From assembly GCF_009914755.1 (NCBI RefSeq), contig NC_060932.1: a stretch of 64,000 nucleotides of DNA, one strand, 5' to 3'. Source of the DNA: the human T2T-CHM13v2.0 reference genome, Homo sapiens. Under the pieces are notes generated by a model. It did no database searches. It was not told the origin of the DNA and saw only the letters and a program-made list of their open reading frames with translations. The translations under genes were made by a program, and so were the position numbers. Shown one piece after another: positions 42,278-59,863 of the stretch (its first letter is position 1; every line of letters starts with the position of its first letter).

Positions 42278-42288
42278 TGCTGAGTCAC
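42278..42288 (-). promoter_or_regulatory. ARE/MARE (GTGACTCAGCA; NFE2L2/BACH/AP-1)
   Basis: Exact match to RTGACTCAGCA inside the CpG island. Confidence 0.55.
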
Positions 42289-44199
42289 TCCCGCCTGAGC
42301 CACGGCCGCCCCCAGCCAGCCACGCGATTGGCGGGTTAGCCCGGGCGCAGCGCCCTCTTCCCAGCTCCCGCACCCCCAGGGCTTCCCGCAGGCAGAGGGT
42401 GGGAGCCCCGGCGAGCGACCAGTTGGGGCTTGGTAGGAACCCCCTAAAAATGCGCCCCACTTGTGCATTCGTGCATGGGCGCATTTTGGGAGTAAACAAT
42501 ACATAACCTTCTTCGCATTCAAAGGGTCTGGACTCAAAAGGGGGCTCAGCCTTGCTCCTCGGGAGCAACCCCTGTTTTAAATCTGGGAAATGGTGATGCC
42601 AGTGGGGAAAGGGCTTCTCCGGGCCCGGGGCTCCCGAGCTCCTGGTGCCAGCCGTGTTGCTCTGGCTTTTGTATTTTAACTCCGTGGGCTTCTGTCCCCA
42701 TCCCCATGTAAGGCCAGTGCCCCCTTCCGCGTTTTGCCGAAAGTATCTTCAATGCCCGTTTAAAAAACTATGTCTGCGATTTATCCATCTCTGCTCTTTC
42801 CCAGTTCCTCTCTTTTCTCTTCTTCAGGCCCCCTCCTGTCCTTCCTCATCCTTTCACTGAGCGGGTTCAGGCCCTAGTTACTACCGCAGGCACCAGCCAC
42901 ACCCGGGGAGATGTGTGCTGTTTTGTGCAAGACGCTGCGGTCACCCAGTCCGGAATTCTGCTGGTCTACACCGAGTGCCGCAACACCACCACCACCTCCG
43001 CACACATACGCCCTCCTTGAACCTCTTCCCCATGAATGCTTTGGCTTTTAAGGAACTTTGTGGCGTTTCTGCTCTTTCGGAGGCAGCTGCCCGAGGCAGC
43101 TTCCCAAGGCAGAACAGGGACTGACTGCTGAGGTTCCGCGGGGTCGGGGAGGTGGAGAAGCCAGTTCCCAAGTGGCTCGTCGCGGGTGTTACAGTCCCTC
43201 GTTACTAAGGACGCCGCCGCCCGCGCGCCAGGCTTGGGGACCAGGGTGACTCTGCCCTTTCTGGGCGGAATACGGGTGAAGGCTGTCTTTGGGGATCCAC
43301 AGGTGATCTGTGCCGTTCTCATTGTATTCTCAACTCTCATCCCTTCCAGGTTAGCCCGATCCCTTTAATGCAAGGATCGGTGCCGGGAGGAAAGAGAGCG
43401 TGGGCCACTCTGGAACGGAGGCTGGTGTTTTGGGGGAGCGGGGAGAGCCTGTAGCCCACACATCTCCACGGCTCTGGCCCAATTTCTCCACTTTTTCACT
43501 TCGATCTAATTGGTCTTCAAGGTTCCCGAGGCTGCGCACCAGTTTTTGATGTCGATTGAACAGGGCTCCAGATTAATCACTTGTCCTCACAGCCCTTTGG
43601 AATAAGATTCACTCTCTAGCTGTTTAAAGCTTTTCTTTCGGTTCTAGGAAACAGCTTATTTTTCCGCTTTTCCTATCAGACTTTGACACTGGACTGTAAA
43701 GTTTTCCCATGGGTTTTTGCATATCCCTTCGACAGGCTGTATTATTTACAGAATTGGGTAGGGGAAGGCTACTCTGTCAGCTGTGGTTGGTTGCCTTATC
43801 TTTGTTCTTGAGAGAATAGCTTGGACTTTTCCACCACACATGAAGATTTTATTTGAAAGCAGAGATACTTGCCCCTGCCAGCTACCATCAGATAAAATTA
43901 AATAGAAGGCCATACTTGTATCTCTGGGGTGCATGCTTAGTACTGCAATCATGTAAGTAATGGACATTTGACCATCTTTCCCTTTTAACTCTCACAACTC
44001 TGGCAAAACAAGAATAATTTTCTTCATTTTTACAGTGTTAAGATCTGGATTTGAACCCAATCCTATTTTCAAGGCTCTTCTACTATCTCATAAAAGAGTA
44101 TGGGCATGGAGGCTGAAGAAGCCAAGATTGTTTGGATTATTTTGAATTCCAAGGTTAGGAAATCAAAATTTTTTAGGGTAGATGCAGTTGCAGTTAGAA

Positions 44200-44430
44200 A
44201 GGAGAATAGCACAGAATTTGAAAGCACAGACAGAAATCTTACAGTCTGGGTCAGACCCTGACTCTGCAGCTTACCATCTACTAGAAATTACTTAACCTTC
44301 CAAACTTTATTGTTTTATTCTAAAAATGGGGCATAGCAATAACACCCACCTCACAGTTTCACTGAGGGGCTTAAATTAGATGCATCTGCAATGCTTAGCA
44401 CAGGGGTGGACAGAGGTGCTTAATCAATGA
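44200..44430 (+). mobile_element. MIR
   Basis: AGTCTGGGTCAGACCCTGACTCTGCAGCTTAC..TTACTTAACCT..AAAATGGGG..CCACCTCACAG. Confidence 0.7.
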
Positions 44431-44714
44431 TAGATGATGTTCTTATAAATACTAAGATCAAAGAAGAGGAAAATTTGGCTTCTTAAACCAACAACACTTC
44501 TATTTCCATTCTTGGCTTCTTCTCCTGTATCCAGACAGGCTGATTTCAGTTTAGGAAAAAGCATACCATGTACTATTTCCCATCCTAACATTTTTATGCA
44601 AGTAAAATCAGTTTAAACAAAGAACAGACTTAAAAGAGTAAGTCACAAAACTTGTAGCCTTATAAACTGTGCATGTCGGGGCTTATCCTTTTTGGTGAGG
44701 TCATTTGATGTTTG

Positions 44715-44945
44715 GGAAAGAGTTCTGAAGTCACACAGACCTACCCAGCTTTAGGACTTCACCATGGACTGCTGCGAGCTAGTATAAATTATTTAATCTC
44801 TCAAAGCCTCGGGGTTTTTATTTATTCAAGACAAAGATTAATAATATCATCTTTCCAAAGTCACAGTAAGAATTAAGCCATATTATGTATGTAAAAGTGC
44901 TTAGCAGAATTCTTGGCACATCACTGTTCCTGAATAAATGAAACT
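44715..44945 (+). mobile_element. MIR
   Basis: TTATTTAATCTCTCAAAGCCTC..TGTAAAAGTGCTTAGCAGAATTCTTGGCACA. Confidence 0.65.
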
Positions 44946-46037
44946 TTATTTTCCTTCTTTCCTTGGTCATGATGAGAATTGACTGGGTTATCTATTGATT
45001 ATTTTGTGCATGAGCCTGTGATCAATCATTCTTCTTCCACAGATAGAAATGTGCACGCATATTAAGGTTAACAAGATTTGTGGTTGTGAAGTATAATTCT
45101 AAAGCCTCACAAGCATGAAGGGTGTGTGGACGTTTTCCTGAGTCATCCTAGGGAACAAAAGGGAGTGGGCAGAGCTAGTTACCAGAGTTGGAAAGGGATG
45201 CATCAGTCATTACATTCAGGGGCTGTTAGTTGGTTCCTTTTGCAAATGGGCTGTGAACTGCAGATGTCCCTGGGAGAGAAAATAGAAAATTACTAGCAAA
45301 TTCCTAAGAGAACCTGGCCTCTTTAAAGAAGAGAAGACACATTGAGCTGGGAGTTGGAGGAGAAATGAGAAATTGAGCCACAGACTCTGAAAGATATCAT
45401 CTGCCAAGAGGGAGATGAGGCTTTAAAAAGAACTTTAAGGATTTGTACATCTAGTCATGATGCAGTAACTGGTACTGGACTAGTTTTTTAGCTTTAAACA
45501 ACTAGAAAGCCAGGAGAAAATATTTGAGGCTGGCAGTGGACAACAGACAGCCAGAGATGGTTATTTCTGAGAGAGAAAAACTTACAAGGTGAACCCCCAA
45601 ATCATCCAGCTCTCTGCTGGAAGAGATTTTTCTAACTGTAGCACAGAGAGCTGAGGTCCAAGCAGGGCTCAAGAGTTGGGCCGAACAGAGAGAGAACAGA
45701 GTTTAGCAAAGCTGAAATAGTTGAATCTGCAGGGTGGAGCATCAACAAGGAGGTAGCTTTATAGAGAATACTACCCTAATCCCATATGAGGACCCCTTGT
45801 GAGGCCATGACTGCGGACTGGGCTGTAGATGAGCAGGAGACCACCTGGGACTCACAGGTTAGCAAATATTTGTGGGGGAAAAGATACTAGCAATGCTGGG
45901 GGAAGAGTTGTGCCCAAAGACTTTGGAATTCTGACCTGGAAAGAATAGAGATTTCAAAAACACTTTATTAACACTCCTGAAATCCAGCTAAGACACCAGA
46001 ACTGCTTTTGTTTAGCAATAAGGGCTAACCTCTACAG

Positions 46038-46258
46038 CGGGGATGAGCAAACCTTTTTGTAAAGGGCAATATGTTCAATAATTTTCACTGTGCAGACTAT
46101 ATGGTCTGTACTGCAGCTACTCAACTCTGCTGTTGTAACAGAAAATCAGTCATAAAAAAATACTCAAATTAATAGCATGTCTGTGTTCCAAGACTCATTT
46201 CCAATATTTTCAAAAATAGAGAGTAGGCAGGATTGGTCTGAGGGTCAAAACATGCTCG
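46038..46258 (+). mobile_element. MER58A (hAT-Charlie MITE)
   Basis: GCAAACCTTTTTGTAAAGGGC..CTACTCAACTCTGCTGTTGTA; 8-bp TSD CTCTACAG/TTCTAGAG. Confidence 0.8.
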
Positions 46259-46687
46259 TTCTAGAGTAAGACCTATTCCAGAATTGCAGTAACACAGCCT
46301 AAAACGGAGCCTTGACAAATAATTGGGGGGTGGGGAGTACAGAATTTGAAGGCCAAGTCCCATCAAGGTAGAGGAACTTGGGAAATGACTTGATTAAGGT
46401 GATCAGCCAGTAATTGAACTGCTTGCTAAACAATAATTAGCACTCTTCAGAGGAAGATAACAGAATTTAGAATTTCTTCAACATACTATTCAAAATCTAG
46501 TATTCAATTAAAAAAATCACTAGACAAACAAGAAAGTAAGAAAATATGCTCTGTAGTCAAGAAAGATAGCAGTCAATAATAACCAACCTGATGGCTCAGA
46601 GATTGAACTGAGCAGAAAAATATTTTATATCAGCTTTGATAAATATATCAAAAAATTGAATAAAAATGTGTTCAAAGAATGAAAGAA

Positions 46688-46820
46688 GCTGGTACAGTGG
46701 TGCATGCCAGTGCATCCTAGCTAGCCAAGAGGCTGAGACAGAAAGATCTTTTGAGCCCAGGAGTTCAAGACCAGCCTGGGAAACATAGTGAGACCCCATT
46801 ACTTAAAATTAAAAAAAAAA
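46688..46820 (+). mobile_element. FLAM (Alu left monomer)
   Basis: Single monomer ending GAGACCCC with an A tail. Confidence 0.8.
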
Positions 46821-47362
46821 TTTTAATGTAAGAAAAAGCAAGGTCTGAAAATGAAGAAATAGGAAATCTTAGCAGAGAAATGAAAACTGTAATGAAAATA
46901 ACTATCTCAAAATTCTGGAACTGAAAAGTACATTAACTAAAATGAAAAATCTAACAGCTTATTAGAGATGGCAAGAAAAAAGAATCAGTGAACTTGAAGA
47001 TGGATTAGCTGAAACTATTCAACCTGAAGAAACAAGAGAAAAGAGACTGAAAAAAAATAAATGCAAACTCAAGGAACCGTGGAACAACACAAATAGTCTA
47101 ACATACATAATTATAATTAGAAACTTCAGAAAGAAAAGAGAGTCAGATTAGGCAATTTTGAAAAAAAATCCCAAAACTGATTATATTACAGATCCAAGAA
47201 GTTTGACAAATACAAAACAGGATAAACATTTTTTAAACTACTCGTAGGCATATTACAGCCAAATTGCGGAAAAATCGAAGATGAAAAAAAAAGTCTTATA
47301 GCAGCCAGAGAAGACACACTGCATACGTCGAACCAAGGATAACAATGATCACTGATTTCTTA

Positions 47363-47710
<348 letters not shown>

Positions 47711-48341
47711 TCAATAAAGACATGTTCTGATAGATGAAATCTGAGACAATTTGTTACTAGCAGACCTGCACTATAAGAAATGGTGAAGATCCAAGGACTA
47801 AGGTAAAATGGTACCAGATGGAAGATCTATAGGAGGAACAAAGAAGCTGGAAATGGTAAATAAATGGACAAATATAAAAGAGAACCCAGGTCCAGACATT
47901 CTTAGAGAAGCCTCCCTGAAGGTAATTGTTCTTATGCCCTGGCTGGTACAACTGCTGCAGATGGGACGCTAGCCTGTACTGAGTACTTCCTGCGTGATAG
48001 GTAGCAGGCTAGACACTATCTATCTAAAAGCTGATTTAATGTACACATCAACACTGTGGTAGAAATTACTATTTCCTACAGCTATGGTCCATAGTTGAAG
48101 AATTTGGAAGCAGGTCCTGGTAGGATATTGCTTGAGTCCTTTGGTCCCAGTCCAAGTCAGTTTCATATCTACTCAAGACAGAGAAATTTTAGCACAATCT
48201 GATGGCTTCTAGAGTCATCTCAGTATAACCTAGCAAAGGATCTAGAAACTGTGATGGACTATTCATTCCTTAAGCACTTACTATGTGCTAGACATTGCAG
48301 TATACACGATTTTATTTTAATGTAGACTTTGTGCACATTGT

Positions 48342-48659
48342 TTCTTGTTTTTTTGTTTTGTTTTGTTTTTGATTTTGTTTTTGTTTTTGAGACAGAATCT
48401 TGCTCTGTTGCCCAGGCTGGAGTGTAGGCTCACTGCAACCTCTGCCGCCCGGGTTCAAGTGATTCTCCTGCCTCAGCCTCCTTCCTGAGTAGCTGGGATC
48501 ACAGGTGCCCAACACCATGCCTGGCTAATTTTTGTATTTTTAGTAGAGACGGGGTTTCACCATGTTGGCCAGACTGGTCTCGAATTCCTGACCTCGTGAT
48601 CCATCCAACTTGGCCTCCCAAAGTGCTGGGATTACAGGCATGAGCCACCGCGCCTGGCC
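48342..48659 (-). mobile_element. Alu (AluSg-like) inserted in a MIR
   Basis: Reverse Alu with a (TTTTG)n tail; the MIR core resumes at 48665-48830. Confidence 0.92.
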
Positions 48660-49343
48660 CTGGTTTCATTTTTTAATCCCTACAACAAATTTAAACTGGT
48701 ACAATTATTCCCATTTGACACATGAGGAAACTGAGGTTTTCAGAGGTTAGGTCATATTCTCCTGGTCACACAGCTGGTAATGTTAAAAATCATGTCAGTC
48801 TGATACCAAAGCTCGTAACCACTAAATTGTAACATGATCCTAGGATGAGGGGAAAAGAAGAAAAAGTGAAAGTTTACTGCTAATGGATGACAAGGAGGCA
48901 AGTAACTGAAAGAATCATCAGACTTTAAATTCATTCTCAGGAAAGCTTGAGGGAGATGACCCCTGATGCGTGTGTGGTAGAAGCTCCAAATTTTACAGAA
49001 ATGTAGGTTAAAGCCACTGGGGCCTGTGTGAAGGAGAAAAGAGGGATCACACCGAAACTGCTCCAATTAGGAGTGTCTCTACAAGGGCTTAAACTGGTAG
49101 TGTCCTTGGTTAAATCTCTGATTATTTTTCATATCCAGTGTTTAAATCATGAATGGAGCCCTCAGGGGTGGCACTGCAGTTAGCAACGCAGGCTTTCCAG
49201 GGAAATGTCTTTACTGATTGTTTCCCTGGAAACGGTTAGGCTTCCATTCTGCTGAGTACCCCCCAGCACTCTCCAAGTTCCCTCTGTGTTGGAAGTCTCT
49301 GTTTAGAGTGGGAGGAGGAAACATGTATCAGCTGCAACTTTCT

Positions 49344-49472
49344 AAAATGTTGCACTTTGTTGCAATAAATGCCACTATTTCTGAAGCTGTCACAAATGTT
49401 GCAACACTGTCACAATAAATAATCACTATTTCTGAAGCTGTTGCAAAATGTTGTGATATTGTTGCAATAAAT
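49344..49472. repeat. Degenerate ~51-bp tandem repeat, about 2.5 copies
   Basis: CAATAAAT..CACTATTTCTGAAGCTGT..AAATGTTG is repeated. Confidence 0.75.
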
Positions 49473-49517
49473 ATGTTGTTTATGAAACTGTTGAACTTAT
49501 TAGAAATGTACTTTGGA

Positions 49518-49956
<439 letters not shown>

Positions 49957-50779
49957 TCATTATTCAGGAAGTCAAGACACCAGTGAATGAAAAGAAAACT
50001 CACTTTCTGCAATAGCGCAAAAGAGCAGTGAAGATGGTGCTCAGATGAACTGTAAGTGTTCAGATGAGGGAAACCATGGAAGACATCATGGAGGAGGTGA
50101 GACTTGTACAGGAGGTGAGAGTGAGCTGTTGGGAAGATATTCAGAATTGAGGGGCAAAGAGACGGGTAGTTTTCATGGGTGGACTTCAGGAGATTTGTGA
50201 TCCATCTGAATTTACACACTAACATCCATGTATTTGTATATTTTTCTGGAAAGAGCAACCGATTGCATAAAGTTCTCAAGGAGTCTTTAGCAACCTAAGA
50301 AGTCAGAAAAAAAAAAAAAAAAAGACAGTACCGTAGAGGCCAGAAAATTATCAACAGCTTTATCATGGGTCTTACAGAAATACACCATCACCTTGGGTTA
50401 CCTTTTTTTTTTTTTCTAATTACCTATAAGTAATTTAAAAGTGGATAATTTCAACGTTATGGGGAGGGTCTCAAGGTCAGCAGGGTGGGGCACACTGGGG
50501 ATAGAGAGGTCTTTTGGCACTGCTATACACTGAGTAGGTGACTGACTGCCTCTTTGGGAGCCCACTGTCTCATAAATTCTTGAATCAGGGAACACTTGGG
50601 GTCTGTCATAGGGAACCAGGTGCCCTGATTTGTGAAACGTCAGCTATAGTAATTTCCTGGTATGCATATATAAATAATATTTGACCTCTGTGTGGAAATA
50701 AAAAGGTTTTCACCTTGCACTCCTAGACTGTGATGCTCCACAGTCATTGGTCTGCCTATGAAACTTTTTCTTTTTCTCC

Positions 50780-51012
50780 TTTTTTTTTTTTTTTTCGAGA
50801 TGGAGTCTCGCTCTGTCACCCAGGCTGGAGCCTCCCGAGTAGCTGGGATTACAGGTGCCTGCCACCACTCCTGGCTAATTTTTCTTGTATTTTTAGTAGA
50901 GATGGGGTTTCACCAAGTTGGCCAGACTGGTCTTGAATGCCTGACCTCGTGATCTGCCAGCCTCGGTCTCCCAAAGTGCTGGGATTACAGGTGTGAGCCA
51001 CCGCACCAGGCC
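50780..51012 (-). mobile_element. AluS with an internal deletion in the right arm
   Basis: CCCAGGCTGGAG joins directly to CCTCCCGAGTAGC. Confidence 0.9.
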
Positions 51013-51014
51013 AC

Positions 51015-51155
51015 TTTTTTTGTTTTTCAAAATTTTTGTAGAGACAGGCTCTCACTATGTTGCCGAGGCTGGTTTCAAACTCTTGGCCTCAAGTGATCCT
51101 TCCTCCTGGGCTTCCCAAAGTGCTAAGGTTACAAGTGTAGCCACCACAGTGGGCC
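51015..51155 (-). mobile_element. FLAM/AluJ left monomer
   Basis: TTTTTGTAGAGACAGG..CCCAAAGTGCTAAGGTTACA. Confidence 0.8.
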
Positions 51156-53029
51156 TAGGAAGCTAATTTAATACAAACCCCATCTCCCTCTCTGCTCACA
51201 GCAACCTCATCTTCCATTCCAATTCCAGATTTCTTCTGTTCCTGGTAGAATTGTGAGATGCTGCATCTGCGTTCCAGCTTTCAAGAATATAATCTATCAT
51301 CTGAAAACTTAAAGTCTTTTTTTTAAAAAATTAGATCAAAGCAGAGAGAAAATGATCTTCAAGTTTCTTTACCAAACTTGGTATGTTCTTTTGGACTGAA
51401 AACTGATGGAGTTGGAAGTGACTTTTGTAGTGAAAATGAGGCTGGAGTAATTAATATTGTTCCAGTGTTCTGGTTATGCGCAGGAGTGAATCATGATACC
51501 CAAATTACAATGACTCATCTCTTCTGAGAGAATAAATTGTGATTCTATGAAAGTTTTGCTTCACTAGGAATTTTTTGAAGGGTTCTGTTTGTTCTAGTTT
51601 AGAAACCTACACAGGCAATATGGGCTTTGCAAAGGTATAAAATTTTCTTAAATAAAACTAAACAAAGATCTATTTTGATTTTCAGCGTTGGATTTTTTTT
51701 TTTTCTTGCCTTTCCTTTGCTTCTGGGAGAAAGTATCTTCAGACAGGAAGCTTTGAGCTACTCATAAATTCTCCCTAACACTGCAGAAACATATTTCACT
51801 ATGAAATGGTGGAGATGACAGTAAGAGCCTCTTGTTTGAGGGGCAAAGCTGAGACATCCTGAATGCTATGGAAGTTTAATCTTCCATGCTGACGCAATCA
51901 CGGGAATATTGTGCTCCTGGGGTTTTCTTTATTGCCAGCTACTGTCTAATGCCAGGACAAAAGGAATAATTTGATTACAGCCGAGGAAAGCACAGTTTGT
52001 TCCTGTTACTTTTAAGTTTCTTTCTGTTTTTCATTTGTTTTGAAATGAGAGATTGAGAACTCAGAATGTATTTGGTACAAAATGAAAGATAACTACTGCC
52101 TAGAGCTATATGGCAAAGACTGCAATATTTAGGGTGGCTCGAATAAAAGGAGCTCTCTGCTTCTTATCTAGTTAACAAAATGATAAAGGGATCCTGTCTG
52201 GCATATGCGATTAATTCTCCCTTAGGAAAGGGACATAAATTATTCTTAATTGCCGAGTTATGGGTCTGTTATAATTAAAGTTTGTTACTGGGGGTAAAAT
52301 GACACCAAGGGAGCAAAGACTGGACAATCTGCCCACATGGGAATGTGTCTTCACCTGAACTTGGACCCATTTGTGAATCAGCAAAACTTTAGCTTTCTTC
52401 CTCCATCCTGTGCTCCTTCTGTTATGAAACCTCATTGGCTCCATTCTTCCCAAAAGCTTATTTCTGTCTGTGAACTTTCCTACCCATGTTGAGGTCGTAT
52501 TCTGTCAGTGGAGAGGAGGACTGAGTCTCTTCTCTTTTGGATGCAACTTGAAACCTGAAAATCTGAAAGGGGAGAACATTCTCCAAATCTACAAATAGCA
52601 GATTGGCTTAATTTTGAAGCCTTCTTGTCCTCAAAAGAAAAAAGGGGTGGGGTCAGGGTAGAAAGAGTTATACAGTCATTTTAGGTTTTGCACTTGGGAT
52701 CAATGAAGGAGTTTGTTTGCCTTAGGATGGGAAAAACTTTTAGAGCCCCCTGGAGTTCAGTGAGCCAGATAGGTGATCAAGTCTCAGGATGAAGCCAACG
52801 CTACAGGTACTGATGATAACATCAAACAGGTCTCAGGGTCTCCAAAGTTTAGTAGGGACCTTGAGACACCATGGAGACCACTCCTATACTTTCCCAACAT
52901 TTGTATATTCTCAGACAGCTAAGAACCCATCAGCTTTATGAAGCCTTCCTGAAAGAGAGGTTCTGCAGAAATCTTATCTCCCCAACTAGCATGTTAGTAC
53001 TTCATGGAAAGAAACTGTGTATTGGATTG

Positions 53030-53240
53030 ATTTTTAATTTTTTAGTTTTTAACTTTTGTGGTACATAATAGGTATATATATTTGTGAGATACATGAGATG
53101 TTTTGATACAGGCATGCAATATGTAATAATCCCATAAAGGAAAATGGGGTATCCATGCCCTCAGGCATTTATCCTTTGTGTTACAATCTAATTTTACTCT
53201 TTTAGTTAGTTAAAAATGTACAATTAAATTATCTTTACTT
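53030..53240 (-). mobile_element. L1MA-like 3' end fragment
   Basis: GGTACATAATAGGTATATATATTT..TTTTGATACAGGCATGCAAT..AATGGGGTATCCAT. Confidence 0.8.
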
Positions 53241-53594
53241 GGACATTGTTATATCAACATTGTGTAGTAAAGTTCTGTGCACAGTTTAGATGTTTAATGC
53301 ATATTTAAGGCCTAACTGAACATGTTCCTTGAACCTTTTTCTGGCACCTGCCCTCCTTAACCCACTAAGTTTGAGAAGAAATTGGGAGATGAAAGATGGT
53401 CCAACTACCTTCCCGTCCCTCAGTTTATATCATGCTATGGTAAACTCGTGGCATCAGAAGTATTTATCCTCAACCCTCCAGCCTCCCCTTCCTAGTATCC
53501 CCTCTTAACACCAAATAACCAATGAATAGAGGAGTAGGTACAGACTAGAGAGCCTGGGCTCAGCTGCAGCCCAACTTAGCAGTGTTTCAGTTGA

Positions 53595-56659
<3,065 letters not shown>

Positions 56660-57011
56660 GAAAAGAACCTTCTTCTCAGAGACCTTATTTACACTAAGAC
56701 ATATGTAACTGGTACGAAGATTTCCCCCAAGTAAGGGCATGTGCATTTTTAATATGAGGCTGAAACAACAGTGGTGAGGTTTCAATAATCAGACAACAAT
56801 TTGGATTAAGACTCTCTCATCCATTCTCACACCACATCAGTCCAAATATTGGCTTCTACATGTGTGTTTTCCCTGAGTCTCAGAAATAAACTGAAACTCA
56901 TGAGTTTTTGTTCCAAGACCAAAAATTTAGTGTAATTTGCCCCATTTAAAAAGTTTGAACCTTCACATCCAACTCATAGTTCACTCAACAGGGATAAAGT
57001 ACTTGATGTCA

Positions 57012-57363
<352 letters not shown>

Positions 57364-58069
57364 CTATAAGCTCCTGTGAAGAAACCACCTCCTCTTCCTT
57401 TGGTGTAAATGACCTGGTGGCAATGTGACTAACTGCATCAGGTAACCATATGAGGGAGTGTGGAACAAGTCACCAAGGTGTCCTGAGAACTGAGGGAGAA
57501 CATAGCTCTTTTGTTCAGAGTTTTATTTACCATCCTTCCAGGACCTCTACTCGCAGACTTGCTCAGTCCAGAACCACCCAGCAGCTGATCTTAGTCCCTC
57601 AATGCATTCTATAGGGAGAGTGCCACAGGGATATCTGCACTGCAGGCTGGAGACCACTAAACCTCTAGCAGTTCTGTTGAGAGATTCTCAATAAGAGAAA
57701 AGGGTCAAATCATCACACATTTGGAAAAATGAATCTTTACATGCTTCGCGAAAGACTAACTACTATATTGTATATAAAGTAAAATAGTGCCATATGCCTG
57801 GGAAAAGTCCTTCAGATCTCAAGGTCTAGGGCATATGAGTTAAGAGAATTTTGTCCTATAACACTAGAGCAGTAAAGTGTGGGGAAGCATGCTAATCTCC
57901 CATGTTCCTCTGGAGCAGGTGCTAGAACAATGAGATTTGCACTTTCTGTAGGTCTCAGGAAGCTCTAGCAAACACTGGTAAAGAAGGGAGGAGGGGTTGT
58001 CCTAACATGAAGGTCAGGATGTACTTCCTCCTGGAGATATAGCTGTACCATTGATAGACTTCTCTCTAA

Positions 58070-58549
<480 letters not shown>

Positions 58550-58595
58550 TAAAGGTATGTCTTTATCTCTAAGATTCATTCCACTGTATTCTTAT

Positions 58596-59001
58596 TGTCT
58601 TAGTCCATTTTCTGTTGCTTATAACAGAATACTTGAAAATGGGTAGTTTATAAAGAAAAATAATGTATTTCTTACAGGAGGCTGAGAAGTCCAGGGTCTA
58701 GGAAACACATCTGGTGAGGGCCTTCTTGCTGGTGGGGACTCTGAAGAGTCCTGAGGTGGTGCAGAGCATCGCATGGCAAGGGGTATGAGCATGCTATCTC
58801 AGATCTCTGTTCCTCTTCTTATAAAGCCACCAGTCCCACTCCCATGATAACCTCTTCATCTATTAACTCATGAATGGATTAATTCATTCATATGGATGAG
58901 CCCTCATGATCCAATCGCCTCTTAAAGGCCCCACCTCTCAATGTTGCCACACTGAGCACTAAATTTCAAACAGTTTTGGAGGATACATTCAAACCACAGC
59001 A
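58596..59001 (-). mobile_element. MaLR solo LTR (MSTC/D-like)
   Basis: TGTCTTAGTCC..AAACCACAGCA; TSD CTTAT. Confidence 0.85.
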
Positions 59002-59142
59002 CTTATAAATCACCATTTATGGGATTTTCACTTATTAAATTGTGAAAATATATTCTAAAAACATATGCCCTAGAGAGGTTGGGAAAGTCCTTAAGTTATA
59101 AATCATCAAAATAAATAAGTCAATAAACAACCATAGACAGTT

Positions 59143-59415
59143 GTTATATTTGTTAGTTAGAACTGCCATAATATAGTAGCACAAACTGAGAGCTTTAAAC
59201 AACAGAAAATTGTAGTCTCATAGTCCTGGAGGCTAGGAGTCTGAGGTCCAAATGTCAACAGCAGGGTGGGCTACTTCCTGGAAGGGCTGTGTCTATCCCA
59301 TGCCTCTCCCCTAGCTTCTGGTGGTTTGCTCAGTCTTTGCATTCCTTGATTCATAGAAACATCACCCTGATCACTTTCTTCATCATCACATGGTGTTCTC
59401 CCTTCATGTGTGTCT
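59143..59415 (-). mobile_element. MLT1C-like LTR, partial
   Basis: TTAAACAACAGAAA..CTGGAGGCTAGGAGTCTGAG..CTAGCTTCTGGTGGTTTGC. Confidence 0.78.
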
Positions 59416-59420
59416 TTATA

Positions 59421-59863
59421 TGTTGAAGAAGTAATGACCAATCCCTCAGTATATGACCTTACTTGGAAATAGAGTCATTGCAGATGTAATTAGTGAAGAT
59501 GAGGCCATTCTGGCGTATGGTGGACTCCTAATCAAATATGATTGGAATCATATCTGATGAAAAGTAGGGTTTTGGACACAGAGACATGCACACAGGTGTT
59601 CACAGGATGCCATGTGAAGATGAAAGCAAAGATTGTGGTTATGCTTCTACCTAAGTCAAGGGATGCCAAAGGTTGCCAGCAACCACTAGAAGCTAGATTA
59701 TAGGCATGAGACAGATTCTTTCCTCACAGCCCTGAGAAGGAACTAGCTCCTCCCACACCTTAATCTCAGACTTCTAGCCTCCAGAACTGTTAGACAATAA
59801 ACTTTTGTTGTTTAAGACCCCACTTGGTGGTATTTCCTTACAGCAGCCTTAGCAAATTAATAT
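59421..59863 (+). mobile_element. MLT1C-like LTR
   Basis: GACCTTACTTGGAAATAG..CTTCTAGCCTCCAGAACTG..GCAGCCTTAGCAAATTAATA. Confidence 0.82.

Larger units (their letters stand above)
41400..43560. promoter_or_regulatory. CpG island / distal promoter region
   Basis: High GC, dense CpG and free of repeats. GC boxes (42235, 43263), CCAAT (42327-42331, minus strand), E2F-like TTCCCGC/GGCGGG motifs and an ARE. Confidence 0.85.

Noticed and set aside
41356-43539. Many overlapping 60-128-aa ORFs in the CpG island
   Set aside because: Stop codons are depleted in GC-rich DNA; there is no domain similarity or consistent frame.
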